The notes under the pieces: generated by a model
The model's input: the letters and a program-made list of their open reading frames with translations, nothing else
Told to the model about the DNA's origin: nothing
The model's database searches: none
Assembly (NCBI GenBank): GCA_965279515.1
Contig: CBDIID010000003.1
Location: 3,168,001-3,232,000 of the forward strand
From: Turneriella sp.
GTDB lineage: Bacteria; Spirochaetota; Leptospiria; Turneriellales; Turneriellaceae
Direction: 5' to 3'
DNA length: 64,000 bases
Shown: positions 9,795 through 20,835 of the stretch, one piece after another
Layout: each line of letters begins with the position of its first letter
Numbering within the stretch: position 1 is the first letter of the stretch
Translations under genes and position numbers: made by a program

Positions 9795-10096
9795 GTTTCC
9801 TCCAGGAACTTCTTAAGGCCCTGCAATTTGTTATCCCAAAACCGGTCATAATAGGCCACCCAGTCAGATACGGCTTTGAGGGGGGCCAGTCTTGCTTCAC
9901 AGAAACGTTCGCGGCCGCGGTCGTGCAATGCAACAAGTTTGCATTCTTGCAGAATGCGCATGTGTTTTGAAACTGCTGGGCGGCTGATTTTGAAATGCGC
10001 GGCTACACCGTTCATCGTCAGCGGCTGTTTTGCCAGCAGCGAAATGATCTGCCGGCGTGTCGGATCGGCAATGGCTTGAAATACGTCGCGGCGCAT
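9791..10096 (-). CDS. ArsR/SmtB-family regulator
   Basis: FQAIADPTRRQII..ISRPAVSKHMRIL helix-turn-helix; coupled to the SRPBCC gene. Confidence 0.92.
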   Translation of the reverse strand: MRRDVFQAIADPTRRQIISLLAKQPLTMNGVAAHFKISRPAVSKHMRILQECKLVALHDRGRERFCEARLAPLKAVSDWVAYYDRFWDNKLQGLKKFLEET

Positions 10097-10097
10097 A

Positions 10098-10117
10098 ATG
10101 TAACCAATTGGTTACAT
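10098..10117. promoter_or_regulatory. Probable ArsR operator
   Basis: Perfect 20-bp palindrome ATGTAACCAATTGGTTACAT, 1 nt from the arsR ATG. Confidence 0.75.
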
Positions 10118-10155
10118 ATGGAGTCCTGTGCAAGACGTCAAGTGTTTGGCGGATG

Positions 10156-10773
10156 TCAGAACGGTTTTACGGAATCGGTTGAAAAGCGGCCGTTGAGTTC
10201 CTGGAAGAGCCCGTTGTTTTCGATACTCGTCAAATAGACAAAGTCGCGGAGTATCGGCATGCGTCCGGGAATCTGCATGTAGTGCCTGATTTCATTCTTG
10301 ATCGCCTTAATACGGCTTTCTTTATCGCGGGCATCGCCCTTACGCAATGCAAGAAACCGCTTTGTCGCACGGTCGACGAGCATGCCGATATTCCAGCTTG
10401 CAGCCAACTTCAGTGTGTCGCCGAGTTCGTCGTTATTGATCGGCTTCTGCATGTAGTAGATGGCGCCCATGGCCTGTGATTTCTGTGCGGTTTTTGCGGT
10501 GGGGTAACCAGTCATGATGACTACCGCAGTCGATGGCATGGTTTCGCGGATCTTCTCGGCGAAGGCGATGCCATCCATCTTGCCCATGCGGATATCGGTG
10601 AGTACAATATTAAAACGGGTTTTCGCGAGACGTTCGAGCGCCTGCTCGGCGTTGGCACATTCTTCCGTTTCATAGCCCCAAATGCCGGCAGTCTGCGAAA
10701 TCATGGCGCGAATGGCCCGTTCGTCATCGACGATGAGCAGTTTCATTTCGGATTGCGGTGCGCGGTGTGACAT
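10156..10773 (-). CDS. Response regulator with an unrecognised C-terminal domain
   Basis: LIVDDE, TDIRMGKMDG, MTGY and KP receiver motifs. Start placed at ATG 10773. Confidence 0.85.
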   Translation of the reverse strand: MSHRAPQSEMKLLIVDDERAIRAMISQTAGIWGYETEECANAEQALERLAKTRFNIVLTDIRMGKMDGIAFAEKIRETMPSTAVVIMTGYPTAKTAQKSQAMGAIYYMQKPINNDELGDTLKLAASWNIGMLVDRATKRFLALRKGDARDKESRIKAIKNEIRHYMQIPGRMPILRDFVYLTSIENNGLFQELNGRFSTDSVKPF

Positions 10774-10992
10774 CTCTTTCAAAAGGGACGATAAATTACA
10801 AGGTATTTCAACAACATTGGACAGAAAAACACAATCCAAGTGTCTACAATCATTTTCTGCGGGCAATCATTTTTTGGTCGCAACAGCTGATTTTTAAGTG
10901 TCAGGATTCATTGGGTTTTACAAAAACATTGGACAATCATTGACGCCGCAGAGGCATGTGTTAAGATTAAACGTTGCTCGGGGTCCGCTGAA

Positions 10993-13900
10993 ATGAAACG
11001 ATTACAAAGTACCCATTTTCAGCAAATCATCGCATCTGCTATGGATGCCATCATTTCAGTGGATGATTCACAGACGATTTTTATGTTCAACAATGCGGCG
11101 GAACAGATGTTTGGCCACGCTGCGACCGATATCATCGGTAAAAATCTGGATATCCTGATTCCCGGGCGTTACCGCACCGAGCACCGCAACCATATCCAGA
11201 GATTTGGCAAGGCCGCAACAACCAGCCGCCGCATGGGCGGCCTCGGCAAAATTTATGGCCTGCACGCTGACGGGCATGAGTTTCCCCTCGAGGCCGCGAT
11301 TTCGCACGTCGAGGCCGAAGGCCGCCAAATCTATACCGTCATTTTACGGGATATCACAGCACGGATGCGCGCTGAAGAAATTGTCGCGCAGCGGTTGCAA
11401 CTCGAAGATACGTTATCGAAAATGGCGGCATCCACGCCCGGCGTTTTTATTGTCTATCAGGCAACGTCGGCAGATTCCGGGGAGTTTCTTTATCTCAGCC
11501 CGAACGTTGGTGACATTTTTGATCCGGCCGCCGCAAATCTGAAGGCTAACTCCAGCGAGTGGATTGATATGATCCATCCCGACGATCGTGAAAGAGTCAG
11601 GCAAACTGCCGTCTTGGCCCGTGAAAATGGCAAGGTTGCCCCTAGCCACGAATACCGCGTTTTACACCCCACGCGCGGTGAAATCTGGGTCGAGTCACGG
11701 CGCAACATGGAGAAACTGCCTGACGGCGTCGTACGCATCTATTCTTACATGACAGAAATTACGGGAAGGAAAAAGCAAGAGCTGGCGACACAGCAGAGCG
11801 AACGGCAATTGCGCGAAATTCTCGATAACATGTCCGAGGGCTATCAGATCATCGGTTTCGACTGGCGTTATAAATTTTTCAATAATGCCTTTGTGAAACA
11901 GTCGCGGCATTCCGCGGAAACATTAATGGGACATACGGTGCAGGAGCTCTACCCCGGAATCGAGCAAACGGAGGTCTACCAGGCATACCAGAAGTGTTTT
12001 TCGCAGCGGGTGTCTATCCGCATGGAAAATGAATTCCGTTTTCCCGACGGCTCATTGCTCTGGTTCGACCTGTTTTTTCAGCCGACTTCACGGGGGTTAT
12101 CGATTCTCTCCGTCGATATTACCGAGCGTAAACGCCAGCAAATAGCCCTGCACGAAAGCGAGCGCCAGCTGAATGCTGCCATGCGGATTTCAGGCCTGGG
12201 CAGTTTTGAGTTGGATTTTGCGACGGAACTTGTATCTGCATCGGAGCGATTGCTCGAAATATTCGGGCTACAGCCCGGAATTGCCCTAAAACGCGAAGAT
12301 TTTTTCAGGCTGATCCATGTGGATGACCGCGCGCGCGTGCGCAACGCTTCGAGCGTCACGCTGCGTGGTGAAGGGGTTTTCAACGAAGAATACCGTATCG
12401 TGCGTGATGACGGAGAGTTACGTTGGCTGCATGCTCGTGCCGAATTAACAACGGATGGTAAGGGGATGAAACGTTACTCTGGCGCGATCATCGACATCAC
12501 GGAACAGAAAACAATCCAGGAAAACCTGAAAAGTAGTGAAGAGCGCTTTCGGCAGGTTGTCGAGACCATCGAAGAGGTGTTTTGGATGACCGACACGCTC
12601 AAGAACACAATTCTATACATCAGCCCGGCATACGAAAAAATCTGGGGACGCTCAGCAGAAGGTCTTTATTCACAGCCGAAAACATGGCTGGAGGCTATCC
12701 ACCCTGAAGATCAGCCCCGTATTTCGGAGGCACTGAGCCACCAGGCCGAGGGAACTTACAATGAAGAATACCGCGTTGTTCGCCCCGACGGCACGATTGT
12801 CTGGATCTCGGACAAGGGTTTCCCCATTAAGAACAGTGAGGATGTCGTTTACCGCATCGCCGGGGTCGCTCAGGATATCACCGAGCGCAAGCAGCTGAAG
12901 ACCGAACTTTCGCGTTTTGTCGAACTGAGCCCGACGGTGCTTTACGCTATCCGCGTGACTCCAGACAGTCTCCATTCGACCTGGCGCTCGCAGAATCTGG
13001 CGACTCTGACCGGGTATAATCCGTCGGATCCGGAACTAAACAAAGCAGAATGGTGGATGGAGAATATCCATCCTGAAGATCGCGCCCGCGTCATCGAAGC
13101 ACATCCGATTCCCTATGAAATCGCTCACCAGGTCATCGAATACCGCCTGCGTAAGAAAGACGGTACCTTTATCTGGATTCGCGACGAAAAGCGGCTGTTC
13201 CGCGATGCTGCGGGTAAACCCGCGGAGATCGTCGGCAGCTGGTCCGATATCACCGAGAGATTTTTGCTCGAAACACAGATGCGCCAGGCGCAGAAAATGG
13301 AAGCCATCGGCCAGCTTGCTGCAGGGGTCGCCCACGATTTTAATAACCTTCTGACTGTCATCAAGGGCAATAATGATTTGATCAAAGCCGAAGTATCCGC
13401 GTCTCCCGAAGCCCGTGACTGGTGCGACGACATTGAAGCCGCTGCCGAAAAGGCGAGGCACCTGACGCAACAGCTTTTGCTCGTCGGCCGCCGGCAGTCG
13501 TTACAGCTCAAGCCGCTCGAACTCAATGAAACACTGCAGCAGAATGTTGCGCTTTTGGGGCGTATGCTGGGCGAAGATGTCAATGTCCGCTTCCATGGTT
13601 CAGATGTCGCCCTGAACGTCTATGCAGACCCTGGCATGATCAGCCAGATCATACTCAACCTGACCGTGAACGCACGTGATGCAATGCCGCTCGGTGGAGT
13701 ACTCTCCCTGGAGTGTTCTGCCAAAGAGTTGGATGAAGCGACCGCACATGCGATACCTCAGGCGCGGCCGGGAACTTATGCCTGTTTTTCCGTGAGCGAT
13801 ACCGGCACTGGCATACCCCAGGAAATTATGTCACGTATTTTTGAACCTTTTTTTACGACCAAAGAACCGGGCAAGGGTACGGGATTGGGGCTGGCGACGG

Positions 13901-14430
13901 TGTTTGGCATCGTGCAGCAACACCAAGGCTGGGTCAATGTCTACAGCGAACCGGGCCATGGCACAACTTTTCGAATCTACCTGCCGCTGATCCAGGGCAG
14001 TCTGACACAGGAAAAAAAGCAGGAAATCAATGCAACAATCGAAAGCGGGCACGAGACGATTCTCGTGGTGGAAGACGAACTGACACTGCGTAAGCTAGCC
14101 CGGACTATACTCTCGAAACTCGGTTACCGAGTGCTTGAGGCCGGTACCGGGAAAGAAGCCATTGCGCTGTGGCAGCAACACCATAATCTGATCGATCTCG
14201 TCATCAGCGATATTATTATGCCTGACGGTATGAATGGTTTCGAACTGGCTACGCGGCTACGCGCACAAAAGGCCGATCTGAAGATTGTGTTTACCAGCGG
14301 GTATAGTCCCGAAGTGCTCATCGCACAGCATCCACAACCAGAGGGCGCTCTCTTTCTGCCAAAGCCCTATTCCCTGGCCGATCTTTCGCGCATTGTTCGT
14401 ACCGGCCTCGATGGCATTAAGCCGGAATAA
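10993..14430 (+). CDS. Multi-PAS hybrid histidine kinase/receiver
   Basis: About six PAS/PAC repeats, H-box [20 protein letters not shown] and a C-terminal receiver. Confidence 0.95.
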   Translation: MKRLQSTHFQQIIASAMDAIISVDDSQTIFMFNNAAEQMFGHAATDIIGKNLDILIPGRYRTEHRNHIQRFGKAATTSRRMGGLGKIYGLHADGHEFPLEAAISHVEAEGRQIYTVILRDITARMRAEEIVAQRLQLEDTLSKMAASTPGVFIVYQATSADSGEFLYLSPNVGDIFDPAAANLKANSSEWIDMIHPDDRERVRQTAVLARENGKVAPSHEYRVLHPTRGEIWVESRRNMEKLPDGVVRIYSYMTEITGRKKQELATQQSERQLREILDNMSEGYQIIGFDWRYKFFNNAFVKQSRHSAETLMGHTVQELYPGIEQTEVYQAYQKCFSQRVSIRMENEFRFPDGSLLWFDLFFQPTSRGLSILSVDITERKRQQIALHESERQLNAAMRISGLGSFELDFATELVSASERLLEIFGLQPGIALKREDFFRLIHVDDRARVRNASSVTLRGEGVFNEEYRIVRDDGELRWLHARAELTTDGKGMKRYSGAIIDITEQKTIQENLKSSEERFRQVVETIEEVFWMTDTLKNTILYISPAYEKIWGRSAEGLYSQPKTWLEAIHPEDQPRISEALSHQAEGTYNEEYRVVRPDGTIVWISDKGFPIKNSEDVVYRIAGVAQDITERKQLKTELSRFVELSPTVLYAIRVTPDSLHSTWRSQNLATLTGYNPSDPELNKAEWWMENIHPEDRARVIEAHPIPYEIAHQVIEYRLRKKDGTFIWIRDEKRLFRDAAGKPAEIVGSWSDITERFLLETQMRQAQKMEAIGQLAAGVAHDFNNLLTVIKGNNDLIKAEVSASPEARDWCDDIEAAAEKARHLTQQLLLVGRRQSLQLKPLELNETLQQNVALLGRMLGEDVNVRFHGSDVALNVYADPGMISQIILNLTVNARDAMPLGGVLSLECSAKELDEATAHAIPQARPGTYACFSVSDTGTGIPQEIMSRIFEPFFTTKEPGKGTGLGLATVFGIVQQHQGWVNVYSEPGHGTTFRIYLPLIQGSLTQEKKQEINATIESGHETILVVEDELTLRKLARTILSKLGYRVLEAGTGKEAIALWQQHHNLIDLVISDIIMPDGMNGFELATRLRAQKADLKIVFTSGYSPEVLIAQHPQPEGALFLPKPYSLADLSRIVRTGLDGIKPE

Positions 14431-14435
14431 TTGCG

Positions 14436-16376
14436 ATGTTGCAACACCAGGGAGAACTTTTTGTCCGCGGCATAGGTTATCCGTTCTGTGTTTTTGACCA
14501 GAAAGAAAGCATCGTCAGCTATAACACGGAATTTGAAAATCTCATTGGCGTTGCCGACATCCAGGGCATGACGCTCACAACCCTTTTTGAAAAAACGGAG
14601 TTTGCCCCTTTGGTGCCGGGGGTGCGCCAGGGGCTTTCTGGCATACGGCCTGCGCCGCAGACCGTACTGATTGAAGGTTTTCCCGTCCGGCACTATCAGG
14701 CAGTCGTTAAGCCACTTCGCGAAGACGGTTCTGAGCAGTTTGCTGTACTGACGCTCGCCGATATTTCAGAGAAAATGCAAGCCTTGCAGTTCGCCCATAA
14801 AGCCCGCAGTTTTTACAACGCCGTTTTTGATGAAATGCCACAGGCTTATTTCATGGTGGATGAAGATTTTGCAGTATTACGCTGCAACCGTGCGGGGCAG
14901 GACATATTCGCCATGTCGCCCGAACAGTTGCTGGGCTTCGATTTAAGAAGACTGTTCCGCTCCAATAGCGACACGCTGGCAGACCAGTTCGCAAAGTTTA
15001 AGGGCGGTACGGCAAAAACACTGCGTCTCGGTGAAGAAGACTTTGTCGAAGGTATTCGCTATGACGGATCAATTTTTCCCGTACGCGTGACGCTGATCCG
15101 CTCTACCCTGGGTGAGATAAATACTTATTCCGTGGTTGTGCTCGATCTCGCCGCCGACCGCGAACGTGAGCGCCGGCATATCGAAGAAGAAAAAAAAGCA
15201 CAGGGCATGATGCGCACCGAGGCACTCGGCAAGCTCGCAGGCAAGTTCGCCCATGACATGAATAACGTACTCGCTGTCATTGGCGGGTTCTGTGAAATTC
15301 TCGCGCTGACGGCACACGGTGATGATGCGAATGCGCTCGAAGAAATACGGCAGGCGGTACGAAAAGGCGCGAACCTGACAGCGCGCACACTTGCCTATAC
15401 CGGCAGACAGCAGATGGAAAGCAAGCCGCTGGACATCGGTCAGCTGATCGCGCTCGGCAAGCATGAATGGAGCGACACCCTGGGCGAGCGCATTTCGCTT
15501 ACTATCCGCGTTCCGGAAGCGAAAGGTGTTGCCCAGGCCGATGAAAAGCAGCTAAAACAGGTCATATTCAGCTTACTCGATAATTGCCGTGAAGCAATGC
15601 CCGAAGGCGGCAAGGTGCAGCTAAGCGTGGGTAAAACACATCTGTCAGCGGATTTTCTTGAAGGTCAGGGCATCGCTGAAGGTTCGGGCGACTTTATCGA
15701 GATTTGTATAGAAGATGACGGACCGGGTATTCCGGCGGCCAAATTGCCGCAGATTTTTGAGCCCTTCTTCTCCACGAAAAATCCGAACACATCCAGCGGC
15801 TTTGGTCTGGCGATTGTCTACGGTATCGTCAAACAGCATGGTGGTTTTATTTTCTGTGAAAACGGAGCCGAGCGTGGCACCAGAATGAAGGTGTTATTGC
15901 CGGCCATCGACGCGGGAGCCGAGGTACCCGATTCCGGCGATATCGACGTCCCGGCCATCGATCCGACTCAGTATACGATCCTTGTTGTGGATGACGAAGA
16001 TCGCATTTTACAGATTCTCGCCAGTACGCTCACCCACGCGGGCTTCGGAATTCTGACGGCCGCGAATGGCCGCGAGGCATTCGAGGTTATTGCCCGGCAC
16101 GGCGGTGATATCGACTTGCTGGTAACGGATATCGTGATGCCCGAAATGACAGGAATCGAGCTGGTACAGAAAATTCTCGAAACTTTTCCGACTCTGCCCG
16201 TAGTTTTTATCACGGGCTATTCGCACCAAATCATGGACAAACATCCCGTGCTGCGCAATTTCCGCATCATCAACAAGCCATTTGCTCCCAGCGACGTGGT
16301 TGCTGTTGTCACGCGGGAAATCGCGCTGCGTAGCATGCACGTCTCCAGCGAAAACGATGCCCTGCCTGAAGGCTAG
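14436..16376 (+). CDS. PAS hybrid histidine kinase/receiver
   Basis: FAHDMNN H-box, DDGPGI, receiver VVDDE/TDIVMP. Confidence 0.92.
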   Translation: MLQHQGELFVRGIGYPFCVFDQKESIVSYNTEFENLIGVADIQGMTLTTLFEKTEFAPLVPGVRQGLSGIRPAPQTVLIEGFPVRHYQAVVKPLREDGSEQFAVLTLADISEKMQALQFAHKARSFYNAVFDEMPQAYFMVDEDFAVLRCNRAGQDIFAMSPEQLLGFDLRRLFRSNSDTLADQFAKFKGGTAKTLRLGEEDFVEGIRYDGSIFPVRVTLIRSTLGEINTYSVVVLDLAADRERERRHIEEEKKAQGMMRTEALGKLAGKFAHDMNNVLAVIGGFCEILALTAHGDDANALEEIRQAVRKGANLTARTLAYTGRQQMESKPLDIGQLIALGKHEWSDTLGERISLTIRVPEAKGVAQADEKQLKQVIFSLLDNCREAMPEGGKVQLSVGKTHLSADFLEGQGIAEGSGDFIEICIEDDGPGIPAAKLPQIFEPFFSTKNPNTSSGFGLAIVYGIVKQHGGFIFCENGAERGTRMKVLLPAIDAGAEVPDSGDIDVPAIDPTQYTILVVDDEDRILQILASTLTHAGFGILTAANGREAFEVIARHGGDIDLLVTDIVMPEMTGIELVQKILETFPTLPVVFITGYSHQIMDKHPVLRNFRIINKPFAPSDVVAVVTREIALRSMHVSSENDALPEG

Positions 16377-16450
16377 GCACCTTTTCGCCCGAAGGAGTTG
16401 ACCCGGCCGTTGCCGCACGGGCGTTGTCCGGGCTTTCCCGCTAAATCAGG

Positions 16451-18010
16451 ATGACCTCAGATTCCCGCGAATACCCGGAACTGCTCTTAGAAGAGCTTCC
16501 ACAGGCCTGCTTTTCGCTCGCCGCGGATTTTACGATCGTGCATGCAAACGGCGCCGCACATCACTCCTTAGGTTATGGCGATTTTTCCGGTTTAAAGCTG
16601 AGCCGCCTGTTAAGCGTTTTGGATGCCGAGGCCGTGGATAGACGGTTCGAGCGTTTTGCAGGATCAGAAATCAGCGTTTTGCGCGTGGGCAGCGATGAGG
16701 AAGCCCGGGCCATGCGCAAGGATGGTTCATCTTACCCGGTGCGCGTTTCTATCGTGCGTACAAAGAGCGTCACAATCAGTTACACGGCGATTCTTTTTGA
16801 TCTCAGCCGCGACCGTGACCTCGAGTTGCGCGCCATCGAAGAGGAAAAAAAACAACAGATCGCGATACGCCATGAAGCCCTGGGCAATCTTGCAGGAAAA
16901 TTCGCGCACGACATGAATAACATACTCGCGGTTATCGGCGGCTTTGGCGAACTGCTCAGTATGGCGCCGCGTGACGAAGACATCGAAGCAATTTTTGAAA
17001 TCAACCATGCGGTGAAGAGGGCGGCAAATCTCACCACACGTATTCTGGCCTATACCGGCAGGCAGCAGATCGATCGCCGTGTCGAAGATATGAAAGTTCT
17101 GATCTCGGAACGAAGTTCCCTGTGGCAGAGTATGTTAGGTGAAAAAATCAACCTGAAACTCGAGCTCAGTGAAGATGGCATAACGGCTTTGATCGACGAC
17201 AAACTGATCGTGCAGGTCATGCTAAACCTGCTCTCCAATTGCCGCGAAGCGCTGCAGGATTCCGGTAATGTCCGCATCAGCGTGGGGGTTGTCTTGGCCG
17301 ATGCGGCTTATTTTCAGAAACGCGGCGTCGATGCCCCTGCGGGAAAATTCGCCGAGATTCGTGTCCGTGATGACGGCCCGGGGATCTCCGCCGAAAGTAT
17401 GCCCATGGTTTTTGAACCGCATTATTCGACTAAAGACCCGAATAAATCGAGCGGACTGGGTCTGGCGATTGCCCGCGGTATCGTGAAACAGCATGAGGGA
17501 TTTATTTTTTGCGACAGTGCACCCGGCGAGGGGACCACGATGCAGATATTATTGCCGCTGACGAATCAGGAAGTGACCCAGCAAACGGGTTTGGAAATTT
17601 CCGCAAAAATCCATCCGCCTGATTTTAAGGTGCTGATCGCAGAAGACGAAGACCAGATTCGGCGTATTCTCGAGAGTTCGCTCTGCGATGCCGGATTCCA
17701 GATCGTTACCGCGGCGAATGGGCGCATTGCGCTCGACTGGCTTGAGGCATGTAACGGGAATATCGACCTGCTCATTTCAGACGTCATGATGCCCGAGGTC
17801 TCGGGAATTGCCCTGGCCCAGCGGGCACTCGAGTTGTACCCGCGGCTGCCGGTGATTTTTATGACCGGCTATTCGAGTCAGGTGCTGGATTCACATCCTG
17901 TTCTGCGCGCCATTCCGGTGATCCATAAACCCTTTTCACCCCGTGCTCTTGTGGCTGCTGCGGTGCTTGAAATTACCAAAGCAGTGTCGAGCCGCGGCGT
18001 TGTGCCATAA
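16451..18010 (+). CDS. PAS hybrid histidine kinase/receiver, paralog of the preceding gene
   Basis: FAHDMNN, DDGPGI, receiver AEDE/SDVMMP. Confidence 0.92.
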   Translation: MTSDSREYPELLLEELPQACFSLAADFTIVHANGAAHHSLGYGDFSGLKLSRLLSVLDAEAVDRRFERFAGSEISVLRVGSDEEARAMRKDGSSYPVRVSIVRTKSVTISYTAILFDLSRDRDLELRAIEEEKKQQIAIRHEALGNLAGKFAHDMNNILAVIGGFGELLSMAPRDEDIEAIFEINHAVKRAANLTTRILAYTGRQQIDRRVEDMKVLISERSSLWQSMLGEKINLKLELSEDGITALIDDKLIVQVMLNLLSNCREALQDSGNVRISVGVVLADAAYFQKRGVDAPAGKFAEIRVRDDGPGISAESMPMVFEPHYSTKDPNKSSGLGLAIARGIVKQHEGFIFCDSAPGEGTTMQILLPLTNQEVTQQTGLEISAKIHPPDFKVLIAEDEDQIRRILESSLCDAGFQIVTAANGRIALDWLEACNGNIDLLISDVMMPEVSGIALAQRALELYPRLPVIFMTGYSSQVLDSHPVLRAIPVIHKPFSPRALVAAAVLEITKAVSSRGVVP

Positions 18011-18079
18011 TGCCGTTAAAAAACCTTGACGGTGTCCTGAATGGTCATATGACCGACCACTGCGATTAGCCGGGTAATT

Positions 18080-19909
18080 TTGCGTAAAATTTTCAAAACA
18101 CTGCCGTTCCTCTTCTTCACGGGATTCATCCCCCTGATTGCCCAGAAGCTCGACCCGAATGCAGAAAAAACCAGGCTGCAAAAGCCTGCCGACCCGGCGA
18201 AACCCGTCGACGAAAAGGGTACCGAAACAGAACAAAAGCCCTGGGAGGCCGGGGACGATATGGTGCCCGCGAAAAAGCTCAAGGCCGACCGCGAAAAGTC
18301 TGCGGAAGACAGGCTGCCATTCGGTCCGCCGCAGATCGAGAAGCGTGAAAATATTTTCGGCGACAATAAAGAGAAAAAAGGCATTCTCGATAAGATGGAA
18401 TACCAGATCGGTTTTATCGCCGAAGGTGCCGGTTTCAACAATACTGACCTGCGCCAGTTGGACGAGTCCACTGTCGCGACGATACAAAATACCGACGACA
18501 AGCAGACACTGGCCTTTTCGCGTTTTTACCTGAACCTGTATTTTCCGCTGACCGAAGATCTTTATTTTCGCGTCGACTTGTTCAAAAACGGCTTTTGGGG
18601 CAACCACCAGCTCGCAGGTTCGAGTTCCAACAACAGCTCGTCTTCAACGCCTGTGGGCGCCGACGTCTTTAACTTCGGCGACCTGCACCTGAACTATGTG
18701 ATCTGGAAAAACCAGAAGAACGACCTGTCGATCAAGATCGGCCGGCAGTTTTTTGAAATCGGCGGCGAGGTGTATGACTATTTTCTCAAGGACTATCTCG
18801 ACGCCGTAACGATCAACTATGCCAATTCGACGATCGGTGGCTTTCGCCTGCTGGCCTTCGACGCTTTCCAGCTCGGCGCCGACCCGACTTTACATGCGAA
18901 CTATGTGCGGTTCTTCTCGCACGATAGCCAGCGTGTGCGCTATTTTGACGGCGATACGAACGTGCTGCGCGCGGGCCTCATCTACGATTCGCGTAACCTG
19001 CTCAACTGGAAAGGGCCGCTGACAGGGGATGTGCTGCAGAATAAACTATATGCCTTCGGAGCCCGCTACGGTGCCGTCAGCAAGGGCGGTTCAGACCGCT
19101 CGAATCTCGGTGCCTCAGGCAATTTTGCCGACAACGATTATAACTTCATGTTCGGCACGCGTTTTCTCTTTAACATACCGCGCAAGCGCTATGTGCTGAA
19201 GACCTGGGCCGACGCAGCAGTATCAGTGGGGATTGACCGCCGTCTACCCACCGCCGCTGGCGAAAGCCAGGACGTGGATACCAACGGCTACGCATTCGGC
19301 GGCGGTGCAAGTCTCGAGTTCCCTAAAATTGCGCCGATCCTGGACATCGATTTAAACGCCGACGGCTTCTATGCGTCGGGCAGCAAGTACGACGGAAACG
19401 GCACCGCAACCTCGCATGGTTTTACGGGTTTCAAAGGCAGCCGCCTCGGCGGACTGATTATGAGTAAGTTCTACGGCTTTCGGCCATCGAGTTTTACCGA
19501 TGCCGCAGGCATTTCAGATTATGCGCATGACTATGAGCGCAAGTCGGCGACGGCGTTCGGTCATGTTGGTGTTGGTACAACACTATGGCAAAAACTGCGT
19601 TTCGGCCTCGACTACTGGATGGCCATTGATACAGGTAATAGCGTGCTCTATGAAAACGCCCGTGCCAACGGTACCACCTCGTCAATTACCAGCACTGTCC
19701 TTAAAGCGCAGGATCGTTTGGGTAAAATCTTAGGGCATGAAATCAATGTCTCGATAGACTTTGCGGTGAACCGTTACTGGACGTTGTACTTCAAAACCGG
19801 CATTTTCTTACCCGGCTCATTCTACTCGACGCCGGGCATTGTCACCGATACACCCTACGGCACCGACAATGCCATGGGTGTTCAGCTCGGTTCGAAGCTG
19901 GTCTTTTAA
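18080..19909 (+). CDS. Outer-membrane beta-barrel protein (alginate-export-like)
   Basis: Signal peptide, IKIGRQFF, LGHEINVSI, amphipathic strands and terminal Phe. Confidence 0.7.
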   Translation: MRKIFKTLPFLFFTGFIPLIAQKLDPNAEKTRLQKPADPAKPVDEKGTETEQKPWEAGDDMVPAKKLKADREKSAEDRLPFGPPQIEKRENIFGDNKEKKGILDKMEYQIGFIAEGAGFNNTDLRQLDESTVATIQNTDDKQTLAFSRFYLNLYFPLTEDLYFRVDLFKNGFWGNHQLAGSSSNNSSSSTPVGADVFNFGDLHLNYVIWKNQKNDLSIKIGRQFFEIGGEVYDYFLKDYLDAVTINYANSTIGGFRLLAFDAFQLGADPTLHANYVRFFSHDSQRVRYFDGDTNVLRAGLIYDSRNLLNWKGPLTGDVLQNKLYAFGARYGAVSKGGSDRSNLGASGNFADNDYNFMFGTRFLFNIPRKRYVLKTWADAAVSVGIDRRLPTAAGESQDVDTNGYAFGGGASLEFPKIAPILDIDLNADGFYASGSKYDGNGTATSHGFTGFKGSRLGGLIMSKFYGFRPSSFTDAAGISDYAHDYERKSATAFGHVGVGTTLWQKLRFGLDYWMAIDTGNSVLYENARANGTTSSITSTVLKAQDRLGKILGHEINVSIDFAVNRYWTLYFKTGIFLPGSFYSTPGIVTDTPYGTDNAMGVQLGSKLVF

Positions 19910-19929
19910 TTCCCCGTTCAGGGAGGGTA

Positions 19930-20835
19930 TCATAACCTCTCTTCTATTTCCGACCGCGCGTAGTGGAATGCGTTTGTGCAGTAGCCGCAACGCACCTCGA
20001 TTTCGGTAAGGTCGCCGAACAGTTCTTCGATATTCACCCGCGCGAGCTGTACCATCTTCTCGAGGTAGCCCTCGCGGTGGCAGCTGCACCGGTAAACCAG
20101 CGAGTATTCGGCGCTTTCAATCCACTGCTCGCCGGGATAGATATCGTCGAGCAGGTCCATGACGTCCTTCGCGGGTTCACCCCCGGTGGGCTTGCCGCTG
20201 AAGTATTGCGTGAGCGAGCTCAGGCGTTCGAGGTTGTCTGTCAGGATAAATTTCTTTTCTTCAGAAACGTCGGGGAGTGCCTCAATCAGGAGGCCGAAAC
20301 ATTTATCGGCCTCAATCCGCCCGGTACCATTTTCACGCAGTTTCATGCCCGTCAGCATCAGCGTCGCGATCTGCTCGCTTTCGTGGAGGTATTGCTGCAC
20401 AAGATTGGGTACAGAGCGGCTTTGGCTGCCGACGGTACCGCGCGTCGGTTCGGGGGTTTCGGCAAACCGTTTCGTTGCGTGCAGAATACCGCCAAAGATG
20501 TCTTCATCGATGAGGCCGGGAATTGTTACGTTGTTAATATCCTCTGTTACCTGGCATGCCGCGCGAAAGATGCCCTGCGGGCTCGCCTCGACGACCAGGC
20601 TCGAGAGGTATTTCGGCGTCGTGAGCTCAAGCGTCAGGTCGTGTACGTTGCGGAACAGGCCCGCGAGCAAATTGGTGCAAACGACGAGCTCGCTGAAGTG
20701 GTAGATCGCATGTTCGTTGACCGCCACCTGTTTTGTGGCGGCATTGATAGCGCCAGCGGCGCTCACGAAAATCGCCCGGAAGTCAGCGCCCCGCGTGTGG
20801 AACGACATGCAGTACGAGCGTTCGTTATCAGCCAT
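19930..20835 (-). CDS. hslO: Hsp33 redox-regulated chaperone
   Basis: YLHESEQIAT and C-terminal CSC...EVRCGYC zinc motif. Confidence 0.88.
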   Translation of the reverse strand: MADNERSYCMSFHTRGADFRAIFVSAAGAINAATKQVAVNEHAIYHFSELVVCTNLLAGLFRNVHDLTLELTTPKYLSSLVVEASPQGIFRAACQVTEDINNVTIPGLIDEDIFGGILHATKRFAETPEPTRGTVGSQSRSVPNLVQQYLHESEQIATLMLTGMKLRENGTGRIEADKCFGLLIEALPDVSEEKKFILTDNLERLSSLTQYFSGKPTGGEPAKDVMDLLDDIYPGEQWIESAEYSLVYRCSCHREGYLEKMVQLARVNIEELFGDLTEIEVRCGYCTNAFHYARSEIEERL

